Shown piece after piece: positions 29,526-40,216 of a stretch of DNA of 41,442 bases. The DNA lies in sequence record DRR378314_69. The stretch is one strand, 5' to 3'. The notes beneath the pieces are model-generated. The model was not told the origin of the DNA. It made no database searches and saw only the letters and a program-made list of their open reading frames with translations. Every line of letters starts with the position of its first letter. The stretch's first letter is position 1. Both the position numbers and the translations under genes were made by a program.

Positions 29526-29543
29526 GTTAACGTTTACGTAAAC
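29526..29543. promoter_or_regulatory. Candidate LiuR operator
   Basis: GTTAACGTTTACGTAAAC, one mismatch to the LiuR consensus sTTTACGTwwACGTAAAs. Confidence 0.6.
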
Positions 29544-29647
29544 TGTAAAACGCAACCTGTTAAATTTAAGTTAAAAAGCTTTAATATCATAAACTTAATT
29601 ATTTCCAGCTCCTTAATGACTAAAAAAAATACGCTTTTATGCTGATC

Positions 29648-29663
29648 TTCGACATTAGTCTAA
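29648..29663. promoter_or_regulatory. Candidate CrbR site, distal, in the actP/crbS divergent spacer
   Basis: TTCGACATTAGTCTAA. Confidence 0.6.
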
Positions 29664-29802
29664 TAAAAATACAAAACTAAAATAACTAGATAATTATCAA
29701 CACCTTGAAAATATTGTTAAATAACCATTCCAAATTGACGACGCAAATGACTGACAACTTCTGGTATGGTATGAACTAACATAATAAAAATCGTATTAAG
29801 AC

Positions 29803-32800
29803 ATGACTGCCGCACTGATATTTGTCGCTTTAGCCTACATAGGCGTATTATTTTGGTTAGCTAACTGGGGAGACAAAACGACTCCATTATCAAAACGGAT
29901 TAGCCACCACCCGTTTGTATACTCGTTTTCATTGGGGATTTATTGTACTTCGTGGACCTATTACGGCTCTGTTGGCACCGCAGCAACCAGCAGCTGGAGT
30001 TATTTACCTATTCTGTTGGGGCCCGCATTATTATTTATATTTGGCCAAGGTTTTTTACGAAAGCTGGTGCTAGTCAGTAAAAAACAAAACATCACCACCA
30101 TTGCTGATTTTATCTCCGCACGCTACGGCAAACGTCAAACTACCGCGATCATGGTCACCGTAATTGCCTTACTCGCAACCATTCCTTACATCGCATTACA
30201 GTTAAAAGCCCTCAGTAGTAGCTTTTTGCTGCTTCAAAGCGACAACAAGATATCAGGCTCTATGGTCGCTTTGTCCGCAACACTTGTTATGACCATGTTC
30301 GCCATATTTTTTGGCACTCGAAAAGTCGATGTCACTGAATACCGTTCAGGCCTTATGCTAGCAGTTGCCTTTGAATCTTTAATAAAATTACTTGCACTGG
30401 TCGCTGTGGCTGGTTTAGCGGTATACACCTTATTGAATTTACCCCAAGAGCGTGAAGTATTAACCAGTGAATCGCTCTGGTCACATTGGAATAATTTTAA
30501 CTTTTTTGGCTTTAATTTTATTGGTCAATCATTAATGGCTGCGGCAGCCATTATATGTTTACCAAGACAATTTCATGTCACCGTGGTCGATAATCAAGAT
30601 AAACGGCACTTATTCACAGCGCGTTGGGCATTCCCGCTTTATTTACTACTGACCGCAGCAATGATTTTACCGATAGCAACTGCGGCCATTCACCCTAACA
30701 TTGGTAACGGATTTTCACCTGACAGCTTTGTACTCGCGCTGCCTTTAATGCATGAAAACATCCCCCTTACTACATTCGTGTTTATTGGTGGTATTTCCGC
30801 AGCCACTGCGATGATCGTCGTAGCAACTCTGACCCTCAGCACGATGATCTCAAACGATGTAGTACTACCATTAATGTTGCGTCGTAAATTTAAACGCAAC
30901 CTGATCACCACCAGTTATAAATCGCAGATTTTACTAGTTAGACGCTTTACTATTGCTGGTATTTTAGTTCTGTCATATTTTTATCAGCAATGGTTTGGCC
31001 ATGGAAAAGCACTCGCGAGCATGGGGTTAGTTGCCTTCTCACTTGTTACGCAATTGCTGCCTGCGATTGTCGGGGGATTATATTGGCGAAAAGGCCATGC
31101 TTATGGTGTTTACGCCGGATTATTAGCTGGCTTTAGTTGTTGGGTGTTATTTTTAATGCTGCCAATTTTAGATGCCGGAAACACCCTTGACACAGAGCTT
31201 CAGCAAACGTTAATCACGCGTGGAACACTGATTGCTTTGTTTGCAAATATAGGCTGTTACATTAGCTTTTCATTAGGTGCAGATGAGCGTTTAATTGATA
31301 AAATTCAAGCCGCTGCATTTGTTAACCCAAAAGAGCAAGCTGTCCTTGCTAGGCGCTTAAATAAAAACGTTCAAGCCACTGTTTATGATTTTAAAGTGCT
31401 GCTGCAAACTTTCTTAGGTGTACAACGCAGTCAGCAAGTGATGGCTCAATTCTCGCTCACAAATCCACTTGGCGATAACAACGCTCACCCTTCCCCTGAA
31501 TTCATTGCATATTGTGAACGTGCCCTCACAGGTGTGTTAGGAGCGTCTTCAGCTCAAGCGCTTGTTCATACTGTTGCTTCAGGTAAACGAATGGCGTTTG
31601 AAGAAGTGGTTAACTTTTTTGATGAAACCACACAAGCACTGCAGTTTAATCAAAACTTATTATTTACTTCATTAGAAAACTTGAGCCATGGTATTTCTGT
31701 GGTTGATAAAGACCTCAACCTCGTTGCGTGGAATAAACGATACGCTGAAATGTTTGATTACCCAGCCGACTTTTTAGAAGTAGGTCAACCAATTGAAGAC
31801 ATTATTCGTTACAATGCAGAGCGCGGAGAGTGTGGCCCAGGTGAAATAGATCGACAAGTAGAAAAGCGCGTACAGCATTTAAAAAATGGCACTTCACATC
31901 ACTTCATCCGTCATCGCCGCAATGGCCAAGTATACGAAATGACAGGCAACCCACTGCCAGATGGTGGGTTTGTTACCAGCTTTTCAGACATCACCACACA
32001 CATTGCCACTCAAAATGCGCTTGAAGAAGTAAATATGGACCTTGAAAATCGCATTGAGGCCCGTACGCAAGAGATACGTACTATTAATAAAGATCTCGAA
32101 GCACAAATTGACAGCCGCGTTCAAACAGAGCAAGCACTCACTTTAGCCAAGAGAGAGGCAGAACAAGCAAACGATAGTAAGACACGCTTTTTGGCTTTAG
32201 CCAGCCATGACATTTTACAGCCACTCAATGCTGCGCGGTTATACTTAGCAGCCATTGATGAAAAATCGTTAGCTGACAATAATATTAATAACTTTGAAAA
32301 GCTGGGTGCGAGTCTCGATTCAACCGTGCACCTTATGTCAGCCCTTCTTGAAATTGCGAAGCTGGAACAAGGTGCGATGACACCTTCACCACGCCATTTT
32401 AATATTGACGATATATTAGCGCCGCTGCGAAATGAATACGCTATTTTATCCAGTGAAAAAGGCCTTAAATTACATGTTCGCTCGCAGGGTCAAATTGTCC
32501 ATAGCGACATTACTTACTTGCGCCGCATAATTCAAAATCTGGTATCTAATGCTGTTAAATACACTGAAAGTGGCAAAGTACTCGTTGCATGCCGTAAACG
32601 TAAACACCACCTACGTATTGAGGTTTGGGATACAGGCCCCGGAATTAGTGATAGTGAACAAGCAAAAATCTTCAACGATTTTTACCGCATTGAAGCCGGC
32701 GATAACAAAGGTGTTGGACTCGGTTTAGGTGTTGTAAAACGCATGGTAGATTTACTAAGCTTGCGATTAGAAGTGCACTCAACGGTCAAAAAAGGGAGCC

Positions 32801-33243
32801 GCTTTAGTATTGAAGTTCCTTATGGCGACAATCAATTTGTACAGCAAAAAAAGGCAACTAACAGCTTGTTTGAAAATCGCGCCGCAATGAATGTTATTGC
32901 TGTAGATGATGACCCTGAGAATCTCAATGCCATGGCGAGTTTATTACAAAAATGGCAAGCAAATTATCAGCTCTTTGACCATGTTGAAACGGTGATGGAA
33001 TACGCTAAGCTCCACAGTGCACCTGACGTCATTCTAATGGATTATCAACTTGGCCATGAATGTGATGGCATAACGCTTATTAAAACCTTGCGTGAAATTT
33101 GGCAAAGCCCTGTACCCGCTATTTTGATTACCGCTGTGCGTGATGATGAACTAAAACAAGCAACTAAAGCCGCTGATATTCATTACTTATCCAAACCGAT
33201 AAAGCCAGGGAAATTAAAAGCACTGCTTAATCACAGTACGTGA
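29803..33243 (+). CDS. crbS: Hybrid sensor kinase with SLC5 transporter-like, STAC, PAS, HisKA/HATPase and receiver domains
   Basis: YCTSWTYYGSVG, TIADFISARYGK, CLPRQFHVTVV, H-box ASHDILQPL, GVGLGLG and receiver LMDYQL; in the acs/actP cluster. Confidence 0.9.
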   Translation: MTAALIFVALAYIGVLFWLANWGDKTTPLSKRISHHPFVYSFSLGIYCTSWTYYGSVGTAATSSWSYLPILLGPALLFIFGQGFLRKLVLVSKKQNITTIADFISARYGKRQTTAIMVTVIALLATIPYIALQLKALSSSFLLLQSDNKISGSMVALSATLVMTMFAIFFGTRKVDVTEYRSGLMLAVAFESLIKLLALVAVAGLAVYTLLNLPQEREVLTSESLWSHWNNFNFFGFNFIGQSLMAAAAIICLPRQFHVTVVDNQDKRHLFTARWAFPLYLLLTAAMILPIATAAIHPNIGNGFSPDSFVLALPLMHENIPLTTFVFIGGISAATAMIVVATLTLSTMISNDVVLPLMLRRKFKRNLITTSYKSQILLVRRFTIAGILVLSYFYQQWFGHGKALASMGLVAFSLVTQLLPAIVGGLYWRKGHAYGVYAGLLAGFSCWVLFLMLPILDAGNTLDTELQQTLITRGTLIALFANIGCYISFSLGADERLIDKIQAAAFVNPKEQAVLARRLNKNVQATVYDFKVLLQTFLGVQRSQQVMAQFSLTNPLGDNNAHPSPEFIAYCERALTGVLGASSAQALVHTVASGKRMAFEEVVNFFDETTQALQFNQNLLFTSLENLSHGISVVDKDLNLVAWNKRYAEMFDYPADFLEVGQPIEDIIRYNAERGECGPGEIDRQVEKRVQHLKNGTSHHFIRHRRNGQVYEMTGNPLPDGGFVTSFSDITTHIATQNALEEVNMDLENRIEARTQEIRTINKDLEAQIDSRVQTEQALTLAKREAEQANDSKTRFLALASHDILQPLNAARLYLAAIDEKSLADNNINNFEKLGASLDSTVHLMSALLEIAKLEQGAMTPSPRHFNIDDILAPLRNEYAILSSEKGLKLHVRSQGQIVHSDITYLRRIIQNLVSNAVKYTESGKVLVACRKRKHHLRIEVWDTGPGISDSEQAKIFNDFYRIEAGDNKGVGLGLGVVKRMVDLLSLRLEVHSTVKKGSRFSIEVPYGDNQFVQQKKATNSLFENRAAMNVIAVDDDPENLNAMASLLQKWQANYQLFDHVETVMEYAKLHSAPDVILMDYQLGHECDGITLIKTLREIWQSPVPAILITAVRDDELKQATKAADIHYLSKPIKPGKLKALLNHST

Positions 33244-33293
33244 TGTACTAGGTGCTGGGCAATAAATTAAACAGGCTCGTGCTAAACAACATA

Positions 33294-33323
33294 AGTACAC
33301 CTAGCAATTTTGCTAGGTGTACT
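33294..33323. terminator. Hairpin between convergent crbS and DUF2339 genes
   Basis: AGTACACCTAGCAA-TT-TTGCTAGGTGTACT. Confidence 0.7.
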
Positions 33324-33334
33324 GTTTATTAAAA

Positions 33335-35989
33335 TCAGCTAACTTGCGCTTTACTCCTAAGCTTTTGAAAAAGCCAGCTCAGGCCCACCAGCGATAAGCC
33401 TAAGCCAATAAATGATATGGCTTTGAGTAAACCCGTGAGGCTTGCCATATCAATTAAAAACACTTTAATTATTACTGCACCAAGAATACCTAGCCCAACT
33501 TTTTGTAACAGCAGTTGTTGCTTTAAATGCCCAGAAATGACCACCAGCGCGCCGAGCAATAACCAAGTAATCGAATAGCTATATAACTCAACATCACTGG
33601 TTGTTTTACCTAAGTAGATATAGGCACCTTGCCAATACTGGCGAATAAGTGCGGTAATTGCTAATGCAGCTAAAACGCCCGCTACTGCCAATGTTATTTT
33701 ACTAAGTTGGGTATTAATCGATTTAACTAATTTAGCCAACCACAGCGCTAAGGCACTTGGAATTAACCACATCAATATTACCCAGTTAAACACAGGAGTT
33801 TCACCTACATACAAGGATGTTAGTAATGGATTTTCGTTAAGTGTAGTGTTTAACAGCAGTAGTCCAGCTAAAGCCGATAATATTAAACCTGCTATTGTGT
33901 ATAGCTTACCCAACTGCCCTGCACTTTGCGCGCGATATAAATAAACACAACCTAATGTTAGCCAATTACAACTAAGTAATACTTGCTCATAAAAACTTAA
34001 AGAGCCAAGTTGTGGATAATGCCCAACTAATTGATAGCTTGTTTCAGTGGTGATAAATAAAGCTAAACAATGCAGTGCTGCCCCTTCGAGCCAAATTTTC
34101 ATATCGGTTTTTTGCCATAGCTTTGCAGCAAACCAAAATAGCCCAACAGCAATGGGGTAAACCACTATGCTCCAATGCATTGAAAGAAGCGTTAAATCTG
34201 TATAACTCTCCATCCAGGGTGCAAACGTTAAGCGAGCTAAAACGCCAGCCACTAAGGCTTTAATAGGCCAATGCGGCATAGGTACGTTTTTGCGCTTTAC
34301 TAAGTAGCTGATCACCAATACCTGAATAGCCAACGCAAGCGTGAGGCCACTATCAGCCAATAACATGGTTAAACACAAAGTGACATTAGCATTAGCACCA
34401 ACCCAATAACTAAACTGCTGCCATTGGGTATGGGCATTTTGCGCACATTTGATCAAAACGCCACTGCCAAGCAGTAATAATACTGTCCATAATGAATACG
34501 CTACCGCTAAGTCTTGCTCTGAGGTTAAAGTGTAAAGTGTTGCTATTAATACAAACAGACTAAAGGCAGCCACTAAATGAAAGCTTAAGCGTTTATAATA
34601 ACGCGCACCAAAATACAGCCCGTACACACAAAAACCTATACCGAGTAATAAACCAAGCCCATAGATATTTTTAAATATAAATAAATGGTCGTTACTACCA
34701 ATAGTATAATTATGCTGAGTTACAACCAGTAAAACAGCAATTAGCAACGCTAAACCTTGCCATAGATCCCAACGGCTATTTTGCAGCACCAAAAATAGCA
34801 GCATGACGATTAAACACACCATCACAATTTGCCATTGTACACTCGCCATAGAGATGACGATTGTGAATAATAACGGCACCACAATCGCTAACAATAATGG
34901 GTGATCCGGCTGTAATTTTAATAAACGTTTTAAACTATGTGGGCGGTATTCCAGCAAACGCAAAGTAATACCTAAACGCATCATTGCAATCAAACCTATG
35001 ACAGATAACAGTGCAAAAACACCGACAATCCAATATTGATGTGCGTTAATCACACTTAGTGCCACCCAATACCAGCCAATATGCCCTATCCAAAGTAGAT
35101 ACCACAACCATGGACGTTTTACCCTTTGCGCCACTAACACCGCAGCCAAAGTAACAAAGCCAATGTACATCAACAACGCCATTAAGTTACCGCTGCCAGT
35201 ATTAACCCAAATTGGTACGCTATACGCCCCCACAATCCCTAATACCGCTAACAATGGCCCTAAGCGCAATGCCATTGAGCTTGCAGCCAGTGCAATAACT
35301 GCTAGCATCACAAAAGCAGTCGTGGGGCTTAGCATCGCATAACTTGAGTAAGCAAGCAGCGTTAATGCAAAACAACTAATAAACCCGCCTCCTGCTAAAG
35401 CAGCCGGGATATAGTTATTAAAGCCTTCAAAAACAATGCCTTTTCGATGAAGATATTCAGCACCTGCAATTAACGCTACACCAAATAAGCCACCAAAAGT
35501 GAGCCGTAAACTTGGCGATAATAAACCCGCATCTAAGCTATATTTTGCTAAAAATATCCCACCAAAGGCCAGCGCAATAGCACCAATCCATGTCATCCAG
35601 TTTTGTTGAAACTCGACTTTAAACTTTTTGATAAAAGCATCGACACGGGAAGAAGAGCGTTTTTTAGCGAGTGAGTGGGCAGCACTAGTTTGGTTTGCAA
35701 GAGCAGGCTTTGAGGCAATGACATTAACAGGGTTAGCTTGCTCAACCCGAGGTGAATCTGAGTGATTTTCTTCATTATTACTGACATCTTTTTGGTGTTC
35801 AGTAAAATCTCTTACAACGTATTGTGACTCTTGAATTGAGGTTTTTTTGACTATCTCATTTAATTGTTTTTTTAAAGACGCAACATCATGCTGCAACGCG
35901 CTTACTTTGGTTAACGCAATTAATCCTGCTATTGCACCAGCAATTACCACTAATGCGAATAAGACGATTAGTACTAACACACCATCCAT
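33335..35989 (-). CDS. DUF2339 multi-pass membrane protein
   Basis: NWMTWIGAIALAFGGIFL.KY segment, many TM helices, C-terminal KVFLIDMASLTGLLKAISFIGLG. Confidence 0.85.
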   Translation of the reverse strand: MDGVLVLIVLFALVVIAGAIAGLIALTKVSALQHDVASLKKQLNEIVKKTSIQESQYVVRDFTEHQKDVSNNEENHSDSPRVEQANPVNVIASKPALANQTSAAHSLAKKRSSSRVDAFIKKFKVEFQQNWMTWIGAIALAFGGIFLAKYSLDAGLLSPSLRLTFGGLFGVALIAGAEYLHRKGIVFEGFNNYIPAALAGGGFISCFALTLLAYSSYAMLSPTTAFVMLAVIALAASSMALRLGPLLAVLGIVGAYSVPIWVNTGSGNLMALLMYIGFVTLAAVLVAQRVKRPWLWYLLWIGHIGWYWVALSVINAHQYWIVGVFALLSVIGLIAMMRLGITLRLLEYRPHSLKRLLKLQPDHPLLLAIVVPLLFTIVISMASVQWQIVMVCLIVMLLFLVLQNSRWDLWQGLALLIAVLLVVTQHNYTIGSNDHLFIFKNIYGLGLLLGIGFCVYGLYFGARYYKRLSFHLVAAFSLFVLIATLYTLTSEQDLAVAYSLWTVLLLLGSGVLIKCAQNAHTQWQQFSYWVGANANVTLCLTMLLADSGLTLALAIQVLVISYLVKRKNVPMPHWPIKALVAGVLARLTFAPWMESYTDLTLLSMHWSIVVYPIAVGLFWFAAKLWQKTDMKIWLEGAALHCLALFITTETSYQLVGHYPQLGSLSFYEQVLLSCNWLTLGCVYLYRAQSAGQLGKLYTIAGLILSALAGLLLLNTTLNENPLLTSLYVGETPVFNWVILMWLIPSALALWLAKLVKSINTQLSKITLAVAGVLAALAITALIRQYWQGAYIYLGKTTSDVELYSYSITWLLLGALVVISGHLKQQLLLQKVGLGILGAVIIKVFLIDMASLTGLLKAISFIGLGLSLVGLSWLFQKLRSKAQVS

Positions 35990-36361
35990 TCTTCAATCCC
36001 TGACTAAGTCTATGCCTTTATTTATATCGTAAACTTTAATAATTATAAACAGATAAAAATAATAACCGATTTAAAGTAGTCATTTCACTCTAGCAAAAAA
36101 ATCCCTAAAAGCCGGCGATTATGTACTCCTTATTAATTTATATAAGCAATTAACTTAAATAAGTATTCTGCTTTCGAGCGACCGCTCTCAATACAATATC
36201 TGACATGCTGAATAACGACATTTTTTATATAAAAACACATTATCGGCTTGTGCATCTCCACAACACACATGAGTAATCGTCAATTACTTAATAAAGCTCT
36301 TGCATTGCAGGCTAATTAACAAATAATGGGGCTGATTATCACGGGATTGGAATGAGGACTA

Positions 36362-37192
36362 ATGAACATGATACTAACAACGCAATGTGCCGATGATGTA
36401 GGTTTAATAGCTAAAATCACCGGGCTGTGCCACGAACATAATTTAAATATTACCCGCAATAATGAGTTTGTAGACAAAGACGCTCATCGCTTTTTTATGC
36501 GTACAGAGTTGACAGGACAGCCTAGCGAAGACTTTATTGAGCAACTTGAATCTATTTTACCTAATGGGGCAAAGGTTACTTTACACAACGATGAAAAAAC
36601 AAAAGTGGTGTTACTTGCCACCAAAGAGGCACATTGCCTTGGGGGAGTATTGCTCAAGCAATTTGAGCAAGCATTAAATATTGAGGTGCTTGCTGTAATA
36701 GCTAATTACGCTGATTTAGCACCGCTGGCAAAAGGTTTCAATGTGCCGTTTCATGTTGTCAGCCATGAAGGTTTAAGCCGTTTAGAGCATGATCAACAAG
36801 TGGGCGATTTAATTGCTAGTTACCAGCCAGATATTATTGGTTTAGCTAAATACATGCGGATATTGAGCCCTGAGTTTGTCGCTCGTTTTGACGGTAAAAT
36901 TATTAATATTCATCACTCATTTTTACCTGCCTTTATTGGTGCAAAACCGTATCATCAAGCATTTGAACGTGGTGTTAAAATCATTGGTGCAACGGCACAT
37001 TTTGTTAATAATGAACTCGATGAAGGGCCTATTATTATGCAAGACGTGACACATGTGAGCCATGCAAATACCGCAGAAATAATGGCGAAAATGGGTAAAG
37101 ATGTAGAAAAAACAGTTTTCTGCAAAGCACTCCAATTAGCGTCTGAGCATAAGCTGTTTATAAATGGTAATAAAACGGTGGTGTTTAGCTAA
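36362..37192 (+). CDS. purU: Formyltetrahydrofolate deformylase (start may be ATG 36368)
   Basis: ACT domain (C.D..GLIAKIT, FFMRTE); LAKYMRILS, INIHHSFLPAF.GAKPY.QA.ERGVKIIGATAH and LDEGPII motifs. Confidence 0.96.
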   Translation: MNMILTTQCADDVGLIAKITGLCHEHNLNITRNNEFVDKDAHRFFMRTELTGQPSEDFIEQLESILPNGAKVTLHNDEKTKVVLLATKEAHCLGGVLLKQFEQALNIEVLAVIANYADLAPLAKGFNVPFHVVSHEGLSRLEHDQQVGDLIASYQPDIIGLAKYMRILSPEFVARFDGKIINIHHSFLPAFIGAKPYHQAFERGVKIIGATAHFVNNELDEGPIIMQDVTHVSHANTAEIMAKMGKDVEKTVFCKALQLASEHKLFINGNKTVVFS

Positions 37193-37207
37193 ATTAATAA
37201 GCTAAAT

Positions 37208-37230
37208 GAAGAGGCTATTTGCCTCTTTAT
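37208..37230. terminator. Terminator-like hairpin between convergent purU and crbR
   Basis: AAGAGGC-TATTT-GCCTCTT followed by TATTATT. Confidence 0.6.
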
Positions 37231-37238
37231 TATTGAAG

Positions 37239-37892
37239 TTAAGATGCCGACTCAATAGGTTCTAGTTGTAATTTTGCTGCAATAAGTACAGCTTGAGTAC
37301 GATTGTAAACGCCTAACTTTCTAAAAATTGCAGTAATGTGAGCTTTTACGGTTGCTTCAGAAATATGTAACTCATAAGCAATTTGCTTATTAAGTAATCC
37401 TTCGTGAAGATATTGTAAAACTTTATATTGCTGCGGGGTAAGCGATGCTACTTGTGCCGCAATTTCTTTATCTTCACCTTCGATTGTTGCCACTTTATCT
37501 TTGAGGTCAAGTGGTAACCATACATCACCATCAAGAATTTGATTGATTGCGCCAGCAATATCTTCTGACGACGATGATTTAGGTATAAAGCCCATTGCAC
37601 CATAGCTCATTACCTTGGATACAATATTAATATCTTCGCTCCCCGACACCACAGCGATAGGTAAGCTTGGATAATCTTCTCGGATACGAATTAGGCCGTA
37701 TAAGTCGCCATTACCTGGCATGTGTAGGTCTAGTAATAAGATATCTAAATCTTCTTGCTCGTTAAGCACTTGCAATGTTGTATCAAAGTCGTCAGATTCA
37801 AATACTTCTAAATCAGCAAACTTAGTACTTAATGCCCCTTTTAGTGCTTCACGAAATAACGGGTGGTCGTCCGCTATTAAAAACTGACTCAT
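37239..37892 (-). CDS. crbR: LuxR/NarL family response regulator, CrbR-like
   Basis: IADDHPLFR, LLDLHMPG receiver; LTPQQ...GLLNKQIAYEL.ISEATVKAH HTH; adjacent to acs. Confidence 0.85.
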   Translation of the reverse strand: MSQFLIADDHPLFREALKGALSTKFADLEVFESDDFDTTLQVLNEQEDLDILLLDLHMPGNGDLYGLIRIREDYPSLPIAVVSGSEDINIVSKVMSYGAMGFIPKSSSSEDIAGAINQILDGDVWLPLDLKDKVATIEGEDKEIAAQVASLTPQQYKVLQYLHEGLLNKQIAYELHISEATVKAHITAIFRKLGVYNRTQAVLIAAKLQLEPIESAS

Positions 37893-37910
37893 GGTTCACT
37901 CCTAATAAAT

Positions 37911-37939
37911 TCGGCTGTCATCAATTAGATGACAGCCGA
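37911..37939 (-). terminator. Strong hairpin between acs and crbR
   Basis: TCGGCTGTCATC-AATTA-GATGACAGCCGA followed by AUUUAUU on the minus strand. Confidence 0.6.
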
Positions 37940-37985
37940 TATACTACGTTTAGAATCAACTTCTAATCAAGTTTTTAACGCATAT

Positions 37986-39926
37986 TTAACGATTTAATCT
38001 ATTCTCGATAAGTTCATCAACTACACTCGGATCAGCAAGTGTCGAGGTATCACCAAGCTGTTGGTGCTCATTGGCGGCGATCTTGCGTAAAATACGACGC
38101 ATAATCTTTCCTGAACGTGTTTTAGGTAAACCCGGTGACCATTGAATCATATCTGGCGAGGCTATTGGGCTAAGTTCTTTGCGCACCCAATTACGTACTT
38201 CTTTAGTCAGTTCATCACTTACAGTTACACCTTCATTTGGTGTAATGTAAACATAAATACCTTGGCCTTTAATGTCATGCGGGAAACCAACTACAGCGGC
38301 TTCTGCCACTGCTTCATGAGCAACCAATGCGCTTTCTATTTCAGCGGTACCTAATCGATGCCCTGATACATTAAGAACATCGTCTACACGACCCGTAATC
38401 CAATAATAGCCGTCTTCATCGCGGCGACAGCCATCACCTGTAAAATATACACCTGGATAAGCTGAGAAGTAAGTTTGTTCAAAACGTTCATGGTCGCCAT
38501 AAACTGTGCGAGCTTGTGAAGGCCAGCTATCCAAGATAACTAAATTACCGTCAACTGCGCCTTCTAATGTATTTCCTTCTGCATCAAATAATGCCGGTGC
38601 AATACCAAAGAAAGGACGTGTTGCTGAGCCCGGCTTCATGTCTGTTGCGCCAGGTAAAGGCGTGATCATAATGCCACCGGTTTCAGTTTGCCACCATGTA
38701 TCCACTATAGGGCACTTTTCGTTACCAATTTGCTCGTAATACCATGTCCATGCTTCAGGATTTATCGGCTCACCGACTGAACCTAAAACACGTAGACTAT
38801 CGCGTTTAGAGGTCGATGTAGGCTCATCACCTTTAGCCATCAGTGCGCGAATTGCTGTAGGTGCAGTATAAAGAATGGTAACGCTATGCTTGTCAACCAC
38901 TTCACCCATTCGACCTGCAGTTGGATAAGTTGGCACACCTTCAAATAACACTTGTGTACAGCCATTAACGAGTGGGCCATAAGCAATGTAGCTGTGACCT
39001 GTGATCCAACCTACATCAGCGCTACACCAAAATACATCGTCTTCTTTTAGATCAAATACATATTCATGAGTCATTGACGAATAAACTAAATAGCCACCTG
39101 TGGTGTGTACTACACCTTTAGGTTGGCCTGTAGAGCCTGACGTATAAAGAATAAATAGCGGGTCTTCTGCATTCATTGGTTCTGGTGCACATTCAGCAGG
39201 TACATCTGCAACTAAATCATGCCACCACACATCGTGCTCATTCCAATCAACTTCACCACCGGTTAGTTGATGTACAACAACATGTTCAATGGTTGTTACA
39301 GACTCTTGGGCAACGGCTTCATCTACATTTGCTTTAAGCGGCACTGTATTTCCAGCACGACGACCTTCATCAGAAGTGATCACTATTTTAGCGCCTGAAT
39401 CTTTAATTCTGTCGGCAATAGCTGAAGGTGAAAAACCACCAAACACAACTGAGTGAATAGCGCCTAATCGAGCACATGCTTGCATTGCATAAACGGCTTG
39501 CGGTGACATCGGCATATAAATAGCTATCCGATCACCTTTTTTAACGCCTAATTTTTTAAGACCATTAGCAAACTTTGCCACTTCATCATGCAGTTTCTGA
39601 TAGCTAATATGCTCGCAATGTTCTGGGTTGTCGCCTTCCCAAATTAATGCAGTTTTGTCCGCTTTTGTCGCAAGGTGGCGGTCAATACAGTTGTATGAAG
39701 CATTTAACTCACCATCTTCGTACCATTTAATACTGATGTGGCCTTTATCAAAAGAGGTATTTTTTACTTTAGTATAAGGAGTAGACCAATCAAGTCGTTT
39801 GCCGTGTTCTGACCAAAAACCTTCAGGATCATCAATAGATTGCTTGTAAAGTGTGTTATATTTATCGTTATCAACTAAGGCTGCATTCTTGATATTTGCA
39901 GGAACTGGATAGATACTTTGTGACAT
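37986..39926 (-). CDS. acs: Acetyl-CoA synthetase (ORF track begins at 39938)
   Basis: [34 protein letters not shown] and [11 protein letters not shown] motifs; a GGAGA SD precedes ATG 39926. Confidence 0.97.
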   Translation of the reverse strand: MSQSIYPVPANIKNAALVDNDKYNTLYKQSIDDPEGFWSEHGKRLDWSTPYTKVKNTSFDKGHISIKWYEDGELNASYNCIDRHLATKADKTALIWEGDNPEHCEHISYQKLHDEVAKFANGLKKLGVKKGDRIAIYMPMSPQAVYAMQACARLGAIHSVVFGGFSPSAIADRIKDSGAKIVITSDEGRRAGNTVPLKANVDEAVAQESVTTIEHVVVHQLTGGEVDWNEHDVWWHDLVADVPAECAPEPMNAEDPLFILYTSGSTGQPKGVVHTTGGYLVYSSMTHEYVFDLKEDDVFWCSADVGWITGHSYIAYGPLVNGCTQVLFEGVPTYPTAGRMGEVVDKHSVTILYTAPTAIRALMAKGDEPTSTSKRDSLRVLGSVGEPINPEAWTWYYEQIGNEKCPIVDTWWQTETGGIMITPLPGATDMKPGSATRPFFGIAPALFDAEGNTLEGAVDGNLVILDSWPSQARTVYGDHERFEQTYFSAYPGVYFTGDGCRRDEDGYYWITGRVDDVLNVSGHRLGTAEIESALVAHEAVAEAAVVGFPHDIKGQGIYVYITPNEGVTVSDELTKEVRNWVRKELSPIASPDMIQWSPGLPKTRSGKIMRRILRKIAANEHQQLGDTSTLADPSVVDELIENRLNR

Positions 39927-39996
39927 AGTCGTCTCCATTTTTAATTACTTGCCAAAGGCCTACTCCAAGGATTACCCAGCAGCGTCAATGAAAGTA

Positions 39997-40012
39997 TTAG
40001 ACCTTAGTTGTA
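39997..40012. promoter_or_regulatory. Candidate CrbR site upstream of acs
   Basis: TTAGACCTTAGTTGTA, embedded in AGTATTA...TAATACT. Confidence 0.55.
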
Positions 40013-40115
40013 ATACTATTTTTATAATTTAGCCATCACACTGTATATAACAGCTATGGCTTTGATATTCACCGTAATGAAGGTTAACTCCCCTGTTTTA
40101 TCAAGTCTACCTGCG

Positions 40116-40136
40116 TGCCACCTTAGTCTAATAGAC
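40116..40136. promoter_or_regulatory. Candidate CrbR site(s) upstream of the porin gene
   Basis: TGCCACCTTAGTCTAA immediately followed by a TAGAC half-site. Confidence 0.5.
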
Positions 40137-40216
40137 CAATAGGTAATTGAGTAAAAAGCGTACATCATCAAAAGTGACTTAAAAGTATAACAACTAAACC
40201 GAATAGGAAATAAATC

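Noticed and set aside
35990-36361. Riboswitch (ZTP/THF) or PurR box upstream of purU
   Set aside because: I could not recognise the conserved motifs or a convincing structure in this AT-rich spacer; an Infernal/Rfam scan would be decisive.
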